The notes under the pieces are model-generated. The model was not told where the DNA came from. It was given only the letters and a program-made list of their open reading frames with translations, and searched no databases. 64,000 bases of DNA from NCBI GenBank assembly GCA_964568445.1, contig CAZMPZ010000014.1:1905-65904 (forward strand), written 5' to 3'. Positions within the stretch are counted from its first letter, which is position 1; each line of letters opens with the position of its first letter. Positions 46,314 through 55,710 of the stretch are shown here, one piece after another. The translations under genes and the position numbers were made by a program. Origin of the DNA: an uncultured Rhodanobacter sp. Lineage in GTDB: Bacteria > Pseudomonadota > Gammaproteobacteria > Xanthomonadales > Rhodanobacteraceae.

Positions 46314-47156
46314 CTACATCAGGCCCAGGGCGCTGGCGTGATGGCGCAGGTGGTCGTCGATGAAGCTGCTGACAAACCAGTAGCTGTGGTCGTAACCGGC
46401 GTGTCGGCGCAGCAACAGTGGTTGACCGGCTTCGGCACAAGCCTGGTCAAACAGCTCCGGCCTGAGCTGGGCCTGCAGCCACGGGTCGGCTTCGCCCTGA
46501 TCGATCAGGATCGTGCCGGCAAAGGTCTGGCGCCGCACCAGTTCACAGGCGTCGTGTGCCGACCACGCCGCCGGGTCATCGCCCAGGTAACGGGCGAAGG
46601 CCTTGCGTCCCCACGGCACTTGGCTGGGTGCGACGATGGGTGCGAAGGCTGACACCGAGCCATACGTTTGCGGGTGACGCAGGGCCAACGTCAGTGCGCC
46701 GTGGCCCCCCATGGAATGGCCGCATATACCGCTGCGGCTGACATCCAGCGCAAAGTTTTGCGCCAGCAATGCCGGCAGCTCATCGGTGAGGTAGCGCTCC
46801 ATGCAAAAGCGCGTCGACCAGGGCGCCTGCGTGGCATCCAGATAAAACCCGGCACCCTCGCCGACTTCCCAGTCGCCGGTGGCGCCATCGAAACCAGTGT
46901 CGCGCGGGCTGGTATCGGGCGTCACCAACGCCAGGCCCAGCTGCGCCGCCAGTCGCTGCGCACCGGCCTTGATGGCGGCAGTCTCCTCGTTGCAGGTGAG
47001 GCCGGCGAGAAAATACAGCACCGGGCAACGGCGGGTTCGCGCCTGCGCCGGCAGAAACAGCCCGAACCGCATCGGCCCACTGCAGGCAGCCGAAGCATGT
47101 CGATAAAAGCCCTGCACTCCACCGTGGCACGCTTGTTCGCTGAGTGTCTCGAGCAT
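46314..47156 (-). CDS. fghA: S-formylglutathione hydrolase (esterase D family)
   Basis: Start trimmed to ATG 47156: MLETLSEQACHGGVQGFY...YFLAGLTCNEE. The nucleophile elbow is GHSMGGHGA. 280 aa. Confidence 0.88.
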   Translation of the reverse strand: MLETLSEQACHGGVQGFYRHASAACSGPMRFGLFLPAQARTRRCPVLYFLAGLTCNEETAAIKAGAQRLAAQLGLALVTPDTSPRDTGFDGATGDWEVGEGAGFYLDATQAPWSTRFCMERYLTDELPALLAQNFALDVSRSGICGHSMGGHGALTLALRHPQTYGSVSAFAPIVAPSQVPWGRKAFARYLGDDPAAWSAHDACELVRRQTFAGTILIDQGEADPWLQAQLRPELFDQACAEAGQPLLLRRHAGYDHSYWFVSSFIDDHLRHHASALGLM

Positions 47157-47284
47157 GACCGCCTCCATTGGCACTGCACACGAGTGTAGCGGCCAGTGCC
47201 GTCGGGACGTTTCCACAACCGTGCCTGATAAACTTGCGCCCTTGCGCGCTGTGTCCTTCGCCGCTTCCCGTTTCGAGGTTCCCC

Positions 47285-49144
47285 ATGTCTGTCCCTGTCA
47301 CCGACCACGCGCCGGAGCCGTCCGGTTTCAGCGGACTCGACCTGCATCCCGACGTCATGGCCGTGCTGGCCGACGTCGGCTACGAGTCACCCTCGCCCAT
47401 CCAGGCACAGACCATCCCGCCGCTGCTGGCCGGGCGCGACGTGCTGGGACAGGCGCAGACCGGCACCGGCAAGACCGCGGCGTTTGCCTTGCCGATCCTG
47501 TCGCGCATCGACCGCCACGCCGGCAAGCCACAGGCCCTGGTGCTGGCGCCCACGCGGGAATTGGCCATCCAGGTGGCCGAAGCCTTCCAGACCTACGCCG
47601 CGCACATCCCCGGCTTCCAGGTGCTGCCGATCTACGGCGGCCAGAGCTACGGCCCGCAGCTGCATGCGCTCAAGCGCGGCGTGCATGTTGTGGTCGGCAC
47701 GCCGGGGCGGGTGATCGATCATCTGGACAAAGGCACGCTCGATCTTTCCACGCTGAAATACCTGGTGCTGGACGAAGCCGACGAAATGCTGCGCATGGGT
47801 TTCGTCGACGACGTGGAAAAGGTGCTCAGCGCCACGCCGCCGCAGCGCCAGGTGGCGCTGTTTTCCGCCACCATGCCGGCCGCCATCCGCAAGATTGCCC
47901 AGCGCCACCTGAAAGACCCGGTGGAAGTGGTGATCAAGTCCTCGGCCAGCACCACGCCACATATCCACCAGCGCTACTGGCTGGTCAGCGGCATGCACAA
48001 GCTTGATGCCTTGACCCGCATCCTCGAAGCCGAACCGTTCGACGCAATGATCATCTTCACCCGCACCAAGCAGGCCACCGACGAGCTGGCCGGCAAGCTG
48101 CAGGCGCGCGGACTGGCAGCCGCAGCCATCAACGGCGACATTGCCCAGGCGCAGCGCGAGCGCGTGATCCAGCAACTGAAAGACGGCAAGCTCGACATCC
48201 TGGTCGCCACCGATGTCGCCGCGCGCGGACTGGACGTGGATCGCATCAGCCACGTCGTCAATTACGACATCCCCTACGACACCGAGAGCTACGTCCACCG
48301 CATCGGCCGCACCGGCCGTGCCGGGCGCAGCGGCGAGGCGATCCTGTTTGTCAGCCCGCGCGAGCGCGGCATGTTGCGCGCCATCGAGCGTACGACGCGA
48401 CAGGCGATCGAGCAGATGCAGCTGCCCTCGGTCGAGGTGGTCAACGACGTGCGCATTGCCAAGTTCAAGCAGCGCATCAGCGACACGCTGGCGCTGGGCG
48501 ACCTGGGCCTGTTCCAGCAATTGATCGAGCAATACGAGCACGAGCACGACGTGCCGGCACTGGAAATTGCCGCCGCCTTGGCCCGCATCGCGCAGGGCGA
48601 CCAGCCGCTGCTGCTGGCGCCTCCGGCGCACGACAAGCACGACGCACCGCCACGCGAACGCACGCCACGCGAGCGCAACGACAATGCGCGCACCCAGCGC
48701 GAACATGCGCCGCGTGGCCGGGAAAGCGCGCCGCGCGAATACGGCATGCGTCCGCTGCGACCACACGCCACCGAACAGGGCAAGCGCACCTACCGCATCG
48801 AGGTTGGCCACGAACACGGCGTAAAGCCGGGCAACATCGTTGGCGCCATCGCCAACGAGGCCGGGCTGGACAGCCAGTACATCGGCCGCGTCAGCATCCG
48901 CGACCACTACAGCCTGATCGACCTGCCCGACGGCATGCCGCGCGAGATCCTCGAGCACCTGAAAAAGGTCTGGGTCGTGCAGCAGCAGTTGCGCATCCAC
49001 GAATGGGACGGCAGCGAAAGCGTCGGCGACGCGGCCGCCGCCGGCGTGCCACACCCGGCGTCGCATCCGGCGCCCCGACCCGGCAAGCGCAGCGGCGGCT
49101 TCAAACCGCGCCCGGCGGGCTTCAAGCCGCCGCGACGCAAGTAG
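47285..49144 (+). CDS. deaD: ATP-dependent DEAD-box RNA helicase DeaD/CsdA-like
   Basis: Start trimmed to ATG 47285. Contains [20 protein letters not shown] and [10 protein letters not shown]. The C-terminal DbpA-like RNA-binding domain reads YRIEVGHEHGVKPGNIVGAIANEAG. Confidence 0.9.
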   Translation: MSVPVTDHAPEPSGFSGLDLHPDVMAVLADVGYESPSPIQAQTIPPLLAGRDVLGQAQTGTGKTAAFALPILSRIDRHAGKPQALVLAPTRELAIQVAEAFQTYAAHIPGFQVLPIYGGQSYGPQLHALKRGVHVVVGTPGRVIDHLDKGTLDLSTLKYLVLDEADEMLRMGFVDDVEKVLSATPPQRQVALFSATMPAAIRKIAQRHLKDPVEVVIKSSASTTPHIHQRYWLVSGMHKLDALTRILEAEPFDAMIIFTRTKQATDELAGKLQARGLAAAAINGDIAQAQRERVIQQLKDGKLDILVATDVAARGLDVDRISHVVNYDIPYDTESYVHRIGRTGRAGRSGEAILFVSPRERGMLRAIERTTRQAIEQMQLPSVEVVNDVRIAKFKQRISDTLALGDLGLFQQLIEQYEHEHDVPALEIAAALARIAQGDQPLLLAPPAHDKHDAPPRERTPRERNDNARTQREHAPRGRESAPREYGMRPLRPHATEQGKRTYRIEVGHEHGVKPGNIVGAIANEAGLDSQYIGRVSIRDHYSLIDLPDGMPREILEHLKKVWVVQQQLRIHEWDGSESVGDAAAAGVPHPASHPAPRPGKRSGGFKPRPAGFKPPRRK

Positions 49145-49213
49145 CGGCAAGGGCCCCGCCGCCGCGATGGCAATCGGTGCATGATTAAACGCTCACCCTG
49201 ATTGAGCCACTCC

Positions 49214-50827
49214 ATGCCCGCGACCCGGACAGACGCCCCTTCGCCGGCCATGGCCGGACCGCGGCTGGACGGCCTGGACACTGCCGCCCGCGCCCTGCTG
49301 CAAGCGACCGCATGCGCCTTGCGCGACGGCAACGCCGCGGCGGCGCGCAGCGCCCTCGATACCGCGACGGCGACGCATCCCGGACATCCGGAAATCCTGC
49401 GAATGGATGCTCTGTTGCGGCTGCGTGCGCAACAACCAGCAGCCGCCCACGCCTTGCTGCAACGCGCGCTGGCGCAATGGCCGGACTACGCCCTGGCGTG
49501 GTCCGACCTCGGCAATCTGCAGCGCGCGGTCGGCAACGACACGGCGGCCGGCGCGTGCTGGCAGAAGGCCTGTGACCTGGCACCGACCGCGCCGCTGCCG
49601 TGGTTCAACCTCGGCCGCCACCATCAGTTGCGCGGCGACACGGTGGCCGCCATCCACGCCCTGCAACGCGCGCACACGCTGGCGCCGACCCTCGTCCCCG
49701 CCGGCGTGTTGCTGGCCGACGCCTTGACCCACGCCGGACGCCTGGACGAAGCGGCGGACGGCTACCGCCAAGTGCTGGCCATGGCGCCGACCTGCGGCGA
49801 CGCATGGCGCGGCCTGGCCAACATCAAGACCCGGCCGCTATCGACCGCCGATCACGAACAGCTGGCGCAAGCGTTGCAGCGCGATGACCTGCGCGATGCC
49901 GATCGCATCGGCATAGGCTTCGCGCTGGGCAAGGCCAACGAAGACGCCGGGATGTACGTCCAGGCCTTCGCCGCTTTTGCCACGGCCAATGCCCGGCTGG
50001 CGGCGCCCGCACCGTGGTGTGCCGATGCGTTCCACACCTATGCACAGGCGATGCATGCCGCATCGGCGCATTTGCCCACGCCCCGGCAGGCCGACCTTGG
50101 CCGTGAAGTGATCTTCATCGTCGGCCTGCCGCGCTCGGGTTCCACCTTGTTCGAGCAGATCCTGGCGGCGCATCCGCAAGTGGCTGGCGCCAGCGAACTG
50201 GGCGACTTGCAGGAGGTGCTGGCAGCGGAATCTGCGCGGCGCCGGCTTGCCGCGCCGGCGTGGATCCCGCACGCCTCGGCGGACGACTGGCAGCGGCTGG
50301 GCCGTGACTACCTCGCGCGCACTGCGCGATGGCGTACGCAGCGACCGCGGCACACCGACAAGCTGCCCGAAAACTGGCTGTTGGCCGGCGTCATTGCCGC
50401 CATGCTGCCGGGGGCACACATCATCGACACGCGCCGCGACCCGGTGGAAACCGGCTGGTCATGCTTCAAGCAGCAGTTTTACCGGCTGCCGCACTTTGCC
50501 TGCAGTCTCACCGACATTGCCGCCTATACGCGCGACCACGATGACCTCACGCAGACTTGGCAGACAGCCCGGCCACGACAAATGCGCATCCAGCATTACG
50601 AAGCGTTGCTGGACGATACGGAAGGCCAAACCCGGGAATTGCTCGCCTTTTGCGGCCTGCCGTTTGCCGCGCAATGCCTGGATTTCCAGCACGCCACGCG
50701 CGCCGTGCGCACCGCCAGCGCCGCCCAGGTCCGCCAGCCGCTGCGCCACGACACCGCGCGTGCGGCACGCTACGGCGCGCTGCTCGACCCGCTACGCCTC
50801 GGCTTGGGCTTGCCGCCACTGGCATGA
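49214..50827 (+). CDS. TPR-repeat protein fused to a PAPS-type sulfotransferase domain
   Basis: The N-terminal half has TPR-like repeats. The C-terminal half has the 5'-PSB loop IVGLPRSGSTLFEQIL and a 3'-PB-like RRDPVETGWS segment. Start could be TTG 49202 or ATG 49214. Confidence 0.8.
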   Translation: MPATRTDAPSPAMAGPRLDGLDTAARALLQATACALRDGNAAAARSALDTATATHPGHPEILRMDALLRLRAQQPAAAHALLQRALAQWPDYALAWSDLGNLQRAVGNDTAAGACWQKACDLAPTAPLPWFNLGRHHQLRGDTVAAIHALQRAHTLAPTLVPAGVLLADALTHAGRLDEAADGYRQVLAMAPTCGDAWRGLANIKTRPLSTADHEQLAQALQRDDLRDADRIGIGFALGKANEDAGMYVQAFAAFATANARLAAPAPWCADAFHTYAQAMHAASAHLPTPRQADLGREVIFIVGLPRSGSTLFEQILAAHPQVAGASELGDLQEVLAAESARRRLAAPAWIPHASADDWQRLGRDYLARTARWRTQRPRHTDKLPENWLLAGVIAAMLPGAHIIDTRRDPVETGWSCFKQQFYRLPHFACSLTDIAAYTRDHDDLTQTWQTARPRQMRIQHYEALLDDTEGQTRELLAFCGLPFAAQCLDFQHATRAVRTASAAQVRQPLRHDTARAARYGALLDPLRLGLGLPPLA

Positions 50828-50878
50828 ATGCCGGCAGCATAGGCACGGCTGCGGCCAAAGCCACAGCCGTATGAGCCG

Positions 50879-51754
50879 TCAAATCGTGCCGGTGAAGGTA
50901 TTACAGCTGGCCATGCGCCCGTCTTCCAGCCCGACCTTGAACCAGTGCACGCGCTGCGCCGAGGTGCCGTGCGTGAACGTGTCCGGCCGCACCTGTCCGC
51001 GCTCGCCCTGCAAGGCATCGTCGCCAATGTGGCTGGCTGCATTCAAGGCCGATTCGATGTCGCCCGATTCCAGCCAGTCGAGTTGCTGCTGGCTGTGATT
51101 GGCCCACACCCCGGCATAGCAATCGGCCTGCAGCTCCTGGCGTACCGACAAACCCTGCGCGCCCTGCATGGCGGCGCCGCGCCGGCGTGCTGCCTCGACC
51201 TTGGCAAACATGCCGGTGAGCTGCTGCACGTGGTGGCCGACCTCGTGGGCGATGACATAAGCACGCGCAAAGTCGCCGGAAGAATGCAGCTCGGTCTGCA
51301 GCTGCTGGAAGAAGCTCAAATCCAGATACACCTTCTGGTCGCCCGGGCAATAAAACGGCCCGACCGCCGCGCTGGCGCCGCCGCAGGCGGTCTGCACCGC
51401 GCCAGTGAACAGGTGCAGTTTGGGCGCGACATAGGCCACCCCTTGCGTCTTGAAAACCGCATCCCACACCTGCTCGGTACTGCCGACGATATGGCAGACA
51501 AAATCAATCTGCTCATCGCCCGGCGACTGGCAATTGACCGCGGTGTTGGCCTGCACCTGGCTGCTGGTTTGCGATCCGGACAGCCCCGCCGTGTCACCCA
51601 GCAGCGCCAACGGGTTCTTGAAGAAAACCCAGCCGATCAACGCCAGCACGATCAAGCCGCCCAAGCCCATGCGCCCGCCGCCAAAGCGGAAGCCGCCACC
51701 GCCGCCGCTGCCCATTTCCACGTTGCTGCTGCGTCCGCTTTTTCGCCAGTCCAT
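50879..51754 (-). CDS. ypfJ: YpfJ-family neutral zinc metallopeptidase
   Basis: Start trimmed to ATG 51754: MDWRKSGRSSNVEMGSGGGGG.. with a Gly-rich head and one TM helix. The zinc motif is HEVGHHVQ. Confidence 0.85.
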   Translation of the reverse strand: MDWRKSGRSSNVEMGSGGGGGFRFGGGRMGLGGLIVLALIGWVFFKNPLALLGDTAGLSGSQTSSQVQANTAVNCQSPGDEQIDFVCHIVGSTEQVWDAVFKTQGVAYVAPKLHLFTGAVQTACGGASAAVGPFYCPGDQKVYLDLSFFQQLQTELHSSGDFARAYVIAHEVGHHVQQLTGMFAKVEAARRRGAAMQGAQGLSVRQELQADCYAGVWANHSQQQLDWLESGDIESALNAASHIGDDALQGERGQVRPDTFTHGTSAQRVHWFKVGLEDGRMASCNTFTGTI

Positions 51755-51854
51755 ACCGGTTCCCTTCCCGTCGCCGTTGCCTGAAGACATGCGCGTGCGT
51801 CGCCGCGCACCGTGTGCAGCGGCTACAGTAAGCGATATTTGCCGGGACGAATAC

Positions 51855-52247
51855 GTGAACCAACTCAGTGCGCTGGTGACTTTGCTTGATGTATTGCTGC
51901 TGTTTGGCTGCATGTTTGCCGTCGGCTGGGCGCGTGGACGCTATGCCATCAAGGCGCCGGCGACCAGCGGCCACCCGATGTTCGAGCGCGCCTACCGCGT
52001 GCAGATGAACACGCTGGAAGCCAGCGTGCTGTACCTGCCCACGCTGTGGCTGGCCACCCTGTACGGCTTTGGACTCTGGGCCGGGTGCGCCGGCCTGGTG
52101 TGGATCGCCGCCCGCATCTGGTACGCACTGGCGTATACACGCGACCCGGCCAAGCGCGGCCCCGGCTATGTCCTGGGCATGCTGGCCTGGATCGCGACAC
52201 TGGTATTGGCCGGCATCGGCGTCATCCGCGCGTTGCTGGTCGGTTGA
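51855..52247 (+). CDS. MAPEG-family membrane protein (glutathione transferase-like)
   Basis: Probable GTG start at 51855, giving 130 aa. Contains HPMFERAYRVQMNTLE and ARIWYALAYTRDP, typical MAPEG loops. The upstream part of the track ORF is antisense to ypfJ. Confidence 0.75.
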   Translation: MNQLSALVTLLDVLLLFGCMFAVGWARGRYAIKAPATSGHPMFERAYRVQMNTLEASVLYLPTLWLATLYGFGLWAGCAGLVWIAARIWYALAYTRDPAKRGPGYVLGMLAWIATLVLAGIGVIRALLVG

Positions 52248-52284
52248 ATCGATCATCGCGACACGCTGCCGCGAGCCGCCAGCA

Positions 52285-53049
52285 ATGACCACGCCAACCG
52301 TCGATGCGCCACGCGTATGGCTGGCGCTGGGCCTGATCGCGCTGTACGCGGCCGTGCAGATTCTCGTCAGCGGCATCCTGTCTCTGGTGCCGGCCTTGCT
52401 GCGCGGGCTTGGCGCAGGCGGCATCGGCCACACCGCGCAGCGGGCACTGGCCGCCCCGGGCGGCAGCATCGCCATCGCCATGCTGGCGGCGACCAGCGCC
52501 GCCGTGGTGGTGGTCTGGCAGGCTCGCCGCCGCTGGCACGCCTTGTGGGCATACGCCACGCCACCGGGATTGGGCCTGCATCGGCCGTACGGTCACTGGC
52601 TGGCGCTGGCCCTGGGCGTGGGCCTGATTGCACCGGTCGCCGGCGGCTTGCTCACGCATTGGCTGGCGGGCGGGCACGAGGTTATGCAAAACGTCCGGCA
52701 ACTGGCGCACGACGCACCCATGCTCGGCCATCTCGCCTTGGCCACGGTCGCCGTGATCGTGGCGCCGCTGGCCGAGGAGCTGATGTTTCGCGGCGTCCTG
52801 TTGTCGGCGCTGATCCCGCGGCTTGGCGTGCGCACGGCGGCGGTCGTCACGGCGCTGGCTTTCGCCGCGCTGCACATGCCGGGGCTGCATTGGCAGTGGT
52901 TTGCCTTGCCGCAGCTGGTGGTGCTGGGTCTTGTCCTGGCGTGGCTGCGGCTGCATTGCCGCTCGCTGTGGCCGGCCATCCTGGCCCACGCCACGCACAA
53001 CGCCCTGGCGCTGGGGGCGTGGTCCGTCGCCTTCAGCGTGCTGACGTGA
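52285..53049 (+). CDS. CPBP-family intramembrane glutamic endopeptidase (CAAX protease-like)
   Basis: Start trimmed to ATG 52285. The signature motifs are EELMFRG, FAALH and HATHN. Confidence 0.85.
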   Translation: MTTPTVDAPRVWLALGLIALYAAVQILVSGILSLVPALLRGLGAGGIGHTAQRALAAPGGSIAIAMLAATSAAVVVVWQARRRWHALWAYATPPGLGLHRPYGHWLALALGVGLIAPVAGGLLTHWLAGGHEVMQNVRQLAHDAPMLGHLALATVAVIVAPLAEELMFRGVLLSALIPRLGVRTAAVVTALAFAALHMPGLHWQWFALPQLVVLGLVLAWLRLHCRSLWPAILAHATHNALALGAWSVAFSVLT

Positions 53050-53623
53050 CGGCGCCCGACACAGGCGACGCGCGCAGCAACTGCGCGGTCTCGTACAACG
53101 GCAGCCCCATCACGCCCGAGTAGCTGCCCTCAAGGTGGCTGATGAACGCCGCGGCCTGGCCCTGGATGGCATAGGCGCCAGCCTTGCCCATACACTCGCC
53201 ACCAGCCACATAGTCGTGGATGTCGGCCGGCGTCAGCGCCGCAAACGTTACCCGCGAGGTGCACAACGCGGCCATCTCGCGCCCATCGCCGACCAGCCAC
53301 AACGCCGACAACACGGTGTGGGTGCGGCCGGACAGCCGCCGCAACATGCCGGCCGCATCGGCGGCATCGACCGGCTTGCCGAACACCTCGCCATCGAGCA
53401 CGACTTCGGTATCGGCGCCAAGCACCCACGCCTGCGCCGCATGCGCGCCCAGGCTTTCCCGCCCGGCCCGTGCCTTGGCAAGCGCCACGCGGCGCACATA
53501 GTCGGCCGGCAACTCGTCGGCACGCGGTACCTCCGGCACCTCGACCGGCAACACCTCGAAGGCAAGGTTCAACTGCTGCAACAGCTGCTGCCGGCGCGGT
53601 GATCGAGACGCGAGATAAAGCAT
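53033..53623 (-). CDS. maf: Maf-family nucleoside triphosphate pyrophosphatase
   Basis: Start trimmed to ATG 53623: [15 protein letters not shown]...[10 protein letters not shown]...[10 protein letters not shown]. Confidence 0.9.
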   Translation of the reverse strand: MLYLASRSPRRQQLLQQLNLAFEVLPVEVPEVPRADELPADYVRRVALAKARAGRESLGAHAAQAWVLGADTEVVLDGEVFGKPVDAADAAGMLRRLSGRTHTVLSALWLVGDGREMAALCTSRVTFAALTPADIHDYVAGGECMGKAGAYAIQGQAAAFISHLEGSYSGVMGLPLYETAQLLRASPVSGAVTSAR

Positions 53624-53645
53624 GGACAACTCCGCAGCGGGGCCA

Positions 53646-54116
53646 TCAGCCGCGATGGTAGGGATGGCCATTGACGATGGTGGTGGCGCGATACAACTGC
53701 TCGACGACCAGCAGGCGCACCAGCATGTGCGGCAGCGTCAATGGCCCAAGTGACCACGACTGGTCGGCACGCGCCAGCACCTCGGGTGCATGGCCGTCGG
53801 GGCCGCCGATGAGAAACGCCAGGTCGCGACCCGCCATGCGCCATTGCGCCAGCTGGGCGGCAAGCGCTTCGCTCGACCACGCCTTGCCGCCACCATCCAG
53901 CACCACGACGTGGGTATCGCGGCCGACCGCGGCCAGCAGAGACGCGGCCTCGTCCTGCATCGCGCGAGCGGTGTCGCGGCCCTTGCCGCGAATGCCGGGC
54001 TTGAGCTCGACCAGCGTCAGCGGCAGTTCGTGCGACAGGCGCTTGCTGTATTCGGCCAGGCCTTCGGCCACCCAGCCCGGCATGTGTTCACCGACGGCAA
54101 TCAAGCGGGCACGCAT
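53646..54116 (-). CDS. rlmH: 23S rRNA (pseudouridine1915-N3)-methyltransferase
   Basis: Start trimmed to ATG 54116: [14 protein letters not shown]...YSKRL...FLIGGPDG...[24 protein letters not shown]. Confidence 0.92.
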   Translation of the reverse strand: MRARLIAVGEHMPGWVAEGLAEYSKRLSHELPLTLVELKPGIRGKGRDTARAMQDEAASLLAAVGRDTHVVVLDGGGKAWSSEALAAQLAQWRMAGRDLAFLIGGPDGHAPEVLARADQSWSLGPLTLPHMLVRLLVVEQLYRATTIVNGHPYHRG

Positions 54117-54203
54117 GGCGCTCCCGGCAAACATGGAATAGGGACGGTCCCATCGGTCGCAAGCGGATCAGGCATGGCTCGCGCGCGTCGCACCGGTGAT
54201 GCG

Positions 54204-54593
54204 TCAGCCGACCTGCGCGGCATCCTGGGCTTCGTCCGCGCCACCCACCGCCCACAGCCGCTCCAGGCCGTAGAACTCGCGGATGCGCGGCAGCATGACG
54301 TGAACGATAACGTCGCCCAGATCGACCAGCACCCACTCGCCTTCATCCGCACCCTCGACACCGAGCGGAATCACTCCGGCGCGTTTGGCGAACAGCGTGA
54401 CCTCATCGGCAATCGACTTGACGTGGCGTGCCGAAGTACCGGAGGCGATCACCAACAGATCGGCGACGGAAGTGCGCCCACGCACATCGATCTCGCGAAC
54501 ATCCTTGGCCTTGAGGGATTCCAGGGCGGCAATGACTTGCTGACGAATGTCATCAACCGTGATGGTGGCGGGGGTGCGCTGGCGTTTGCTCAA
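54204..54593 (-). CDS. rsfS: Ribosome silencing factor
   Basis: The conserved core is LESLKAKDVREIDVRGRTSVADLLVIASGTSARHVKSIAD...GEWVLVDLGDVIVHVM. No in-frame ATG or GTG lies near the core, so TTG 54593 is proposed and the start is uncertain. The rest of the 372-aa track ORF is spurious. Confidence 0.8.
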   Translation of the reverse strand: MSKRQRTPATITVDDIRQQVIAALESLKAKDVREIDVRGRTSVADLLVIASGTSARHVKSIADEVTLFAKRAGVIPLGVEGADEGEWVLVDLGDVIVHVMLPRIREFYGLERLWAVGGADEAQDAAQVG

Positions 54594-54688
54594 GGGCGTT
54601 GGCCTCGGTGCGGTAATCGCATTGGAGTGGCTGCCAGTATATCCGGGACCACGGCAGCCGGGGCTGCAATGCCCCGGATGGCAGCCCA

Positions 54689-55360
54689 TCAGCCGCCTTG
54701 TCCGGCGACGATATTGACGGTGATGGCAATGATGAACACGTTGAAGAAAAACGCGATCACGCTGTGCAGCAACACCACACGGCGCAAATAACTGCTGGTG
54801 ATCTGCACGTCCGACACCTGGAAAGTCATGCCGACGACAATGGAGAAATAGGCAAAATCCCAGTAATCGGGTTTCGGCGTGGACGGAAACTCCAGCGCCG
54901 CGTGTTGCGGACCGTAATTGCCGTAATAGCCATGCGCGTAATGGATGGCAAACATGCTGTTGAGAAACAGCCAGCACAGGACGACCGTCACCACGCCCAC
55001 CACCAGCGGCAACACGCCGACGTGATGCGCGGCCTGCAATTCGTCGACCAGCGCCACCAGCACCATCGCCGAGATCACGACACCACCCCACAGCACGCCC
55101 CAGCGTCCGGTATCCAGCATCTGCGCATGGGCTCGCATGTGCTGCGGCGAGGAATGGCTGAAGAGCCACGCCAACACGCCGAGGAACACCAGCGCCGCCA
55201 GGTCGAACGCCAGCGCGATTGCGTTGGCCCAGGCCATGCCGGCAGCCATCAGGCCGGCACCAACCAGCACGAACAGGCCCAGCGCTGACAGCACCCGTGG
55301 CCGCGCGCGAACCCAGCGCCATGGCTTCATGGTGCCGCGTGAACCATCGGCCGTGCTCAT
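54689..55360 (-). CDS. DUF1345-domain membrane protein
   Basis: Six hydrophobic segments. Contains FAIHYAHGYY and YWDFAYFSIVVGMTFQVSDV, characteristic of DUF1345 as I recall it. Start is 55360 or 55330. Confidence 0.75.
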   Translation of the reverse strand: MSTADGSRGTMKPWRWVRARPRVLSALGLFVLVGAGLMAAGMAWANAIALAFDLAALVFLGVLAWLFSHSSPQHMRAHAQMLDTGRWGVLWGGVVISAMVLVALVDELQAAHHVGVLPLVVGVVTVVLCWLFLNSMFAIHYAHGYYGNYGPQHAALEFPSTPKPDYWDFAYFSIVVGMTFQVSDVQITSSYLRRVVLLHSVIAFFFNVFIIAITVNIVAGQGG

Positions 55361-55388
55361 GGCTGCGTCATCAAAAGTTCGCGGTTGC

Positions 55389-55664
55389 TCATGCGCGCAA
55401 ATCGTCGAAATCGGCATGGCGATCCATCCACGCACTGGCGTACGAGCAGGCCGGGACCACCTTCCAGCCCCGGTCGCGGGCGGTGGTCAACGCCTCGCGC
55501 ACCAGCTGTCCAGCCAGTCCACGGCCGCCAACCGCGGCCGGCACACCGGTGTGCGTGATGGTCATCACGCCGCCGGCTAGGGTGTAATCAAGCTCGCATT
55601 CGACACCCTCGACGCGAGTCGAGAAGCGCCGCGCGACGGGATCATGCGTGATATCGACAACCAT
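55389..55664 (-). CDS. Small GNAT-like acetyltransferase (YjdJ-type, about 90 aa)
   Basis: Start trimmed to ATG 55664: MVVDITHDPVARRFSTRVEGVECELDYTL..GVMTITHTGVPAAVGGRGLAGQLV...VVPACSY. Confidence 0.75.
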   Translation of the reverse strand: MVVDITHDPVARRFSTRVEGVECELDYTLAGGVMTITHTGVPAAVGGRGLAGQLVREALTTARDRGWKVVPACSYASAWMDRHADFDDLRA

Positions 55665-55710
55665 CGGGATGCTCCTGCCAAGCCAAGATCCGACCATAGT
55701 GCGCGCACCG

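Noticed and set aside
47387-49150. 587-aa ORF antisense to deaD
   Set aside because: It is a shadow frame of a gene with all DEAD-box motifs, and its product is low-complexity.
53033-53049. 17-bp convergent overlap of the CPBP protease and maf 3' ends
   Set aside because: Small 3' overlaps are common in compact high-GC genomes. Both reading frames are supported by motifs elsewhere, and there is no sign of a frameshift or fusion.
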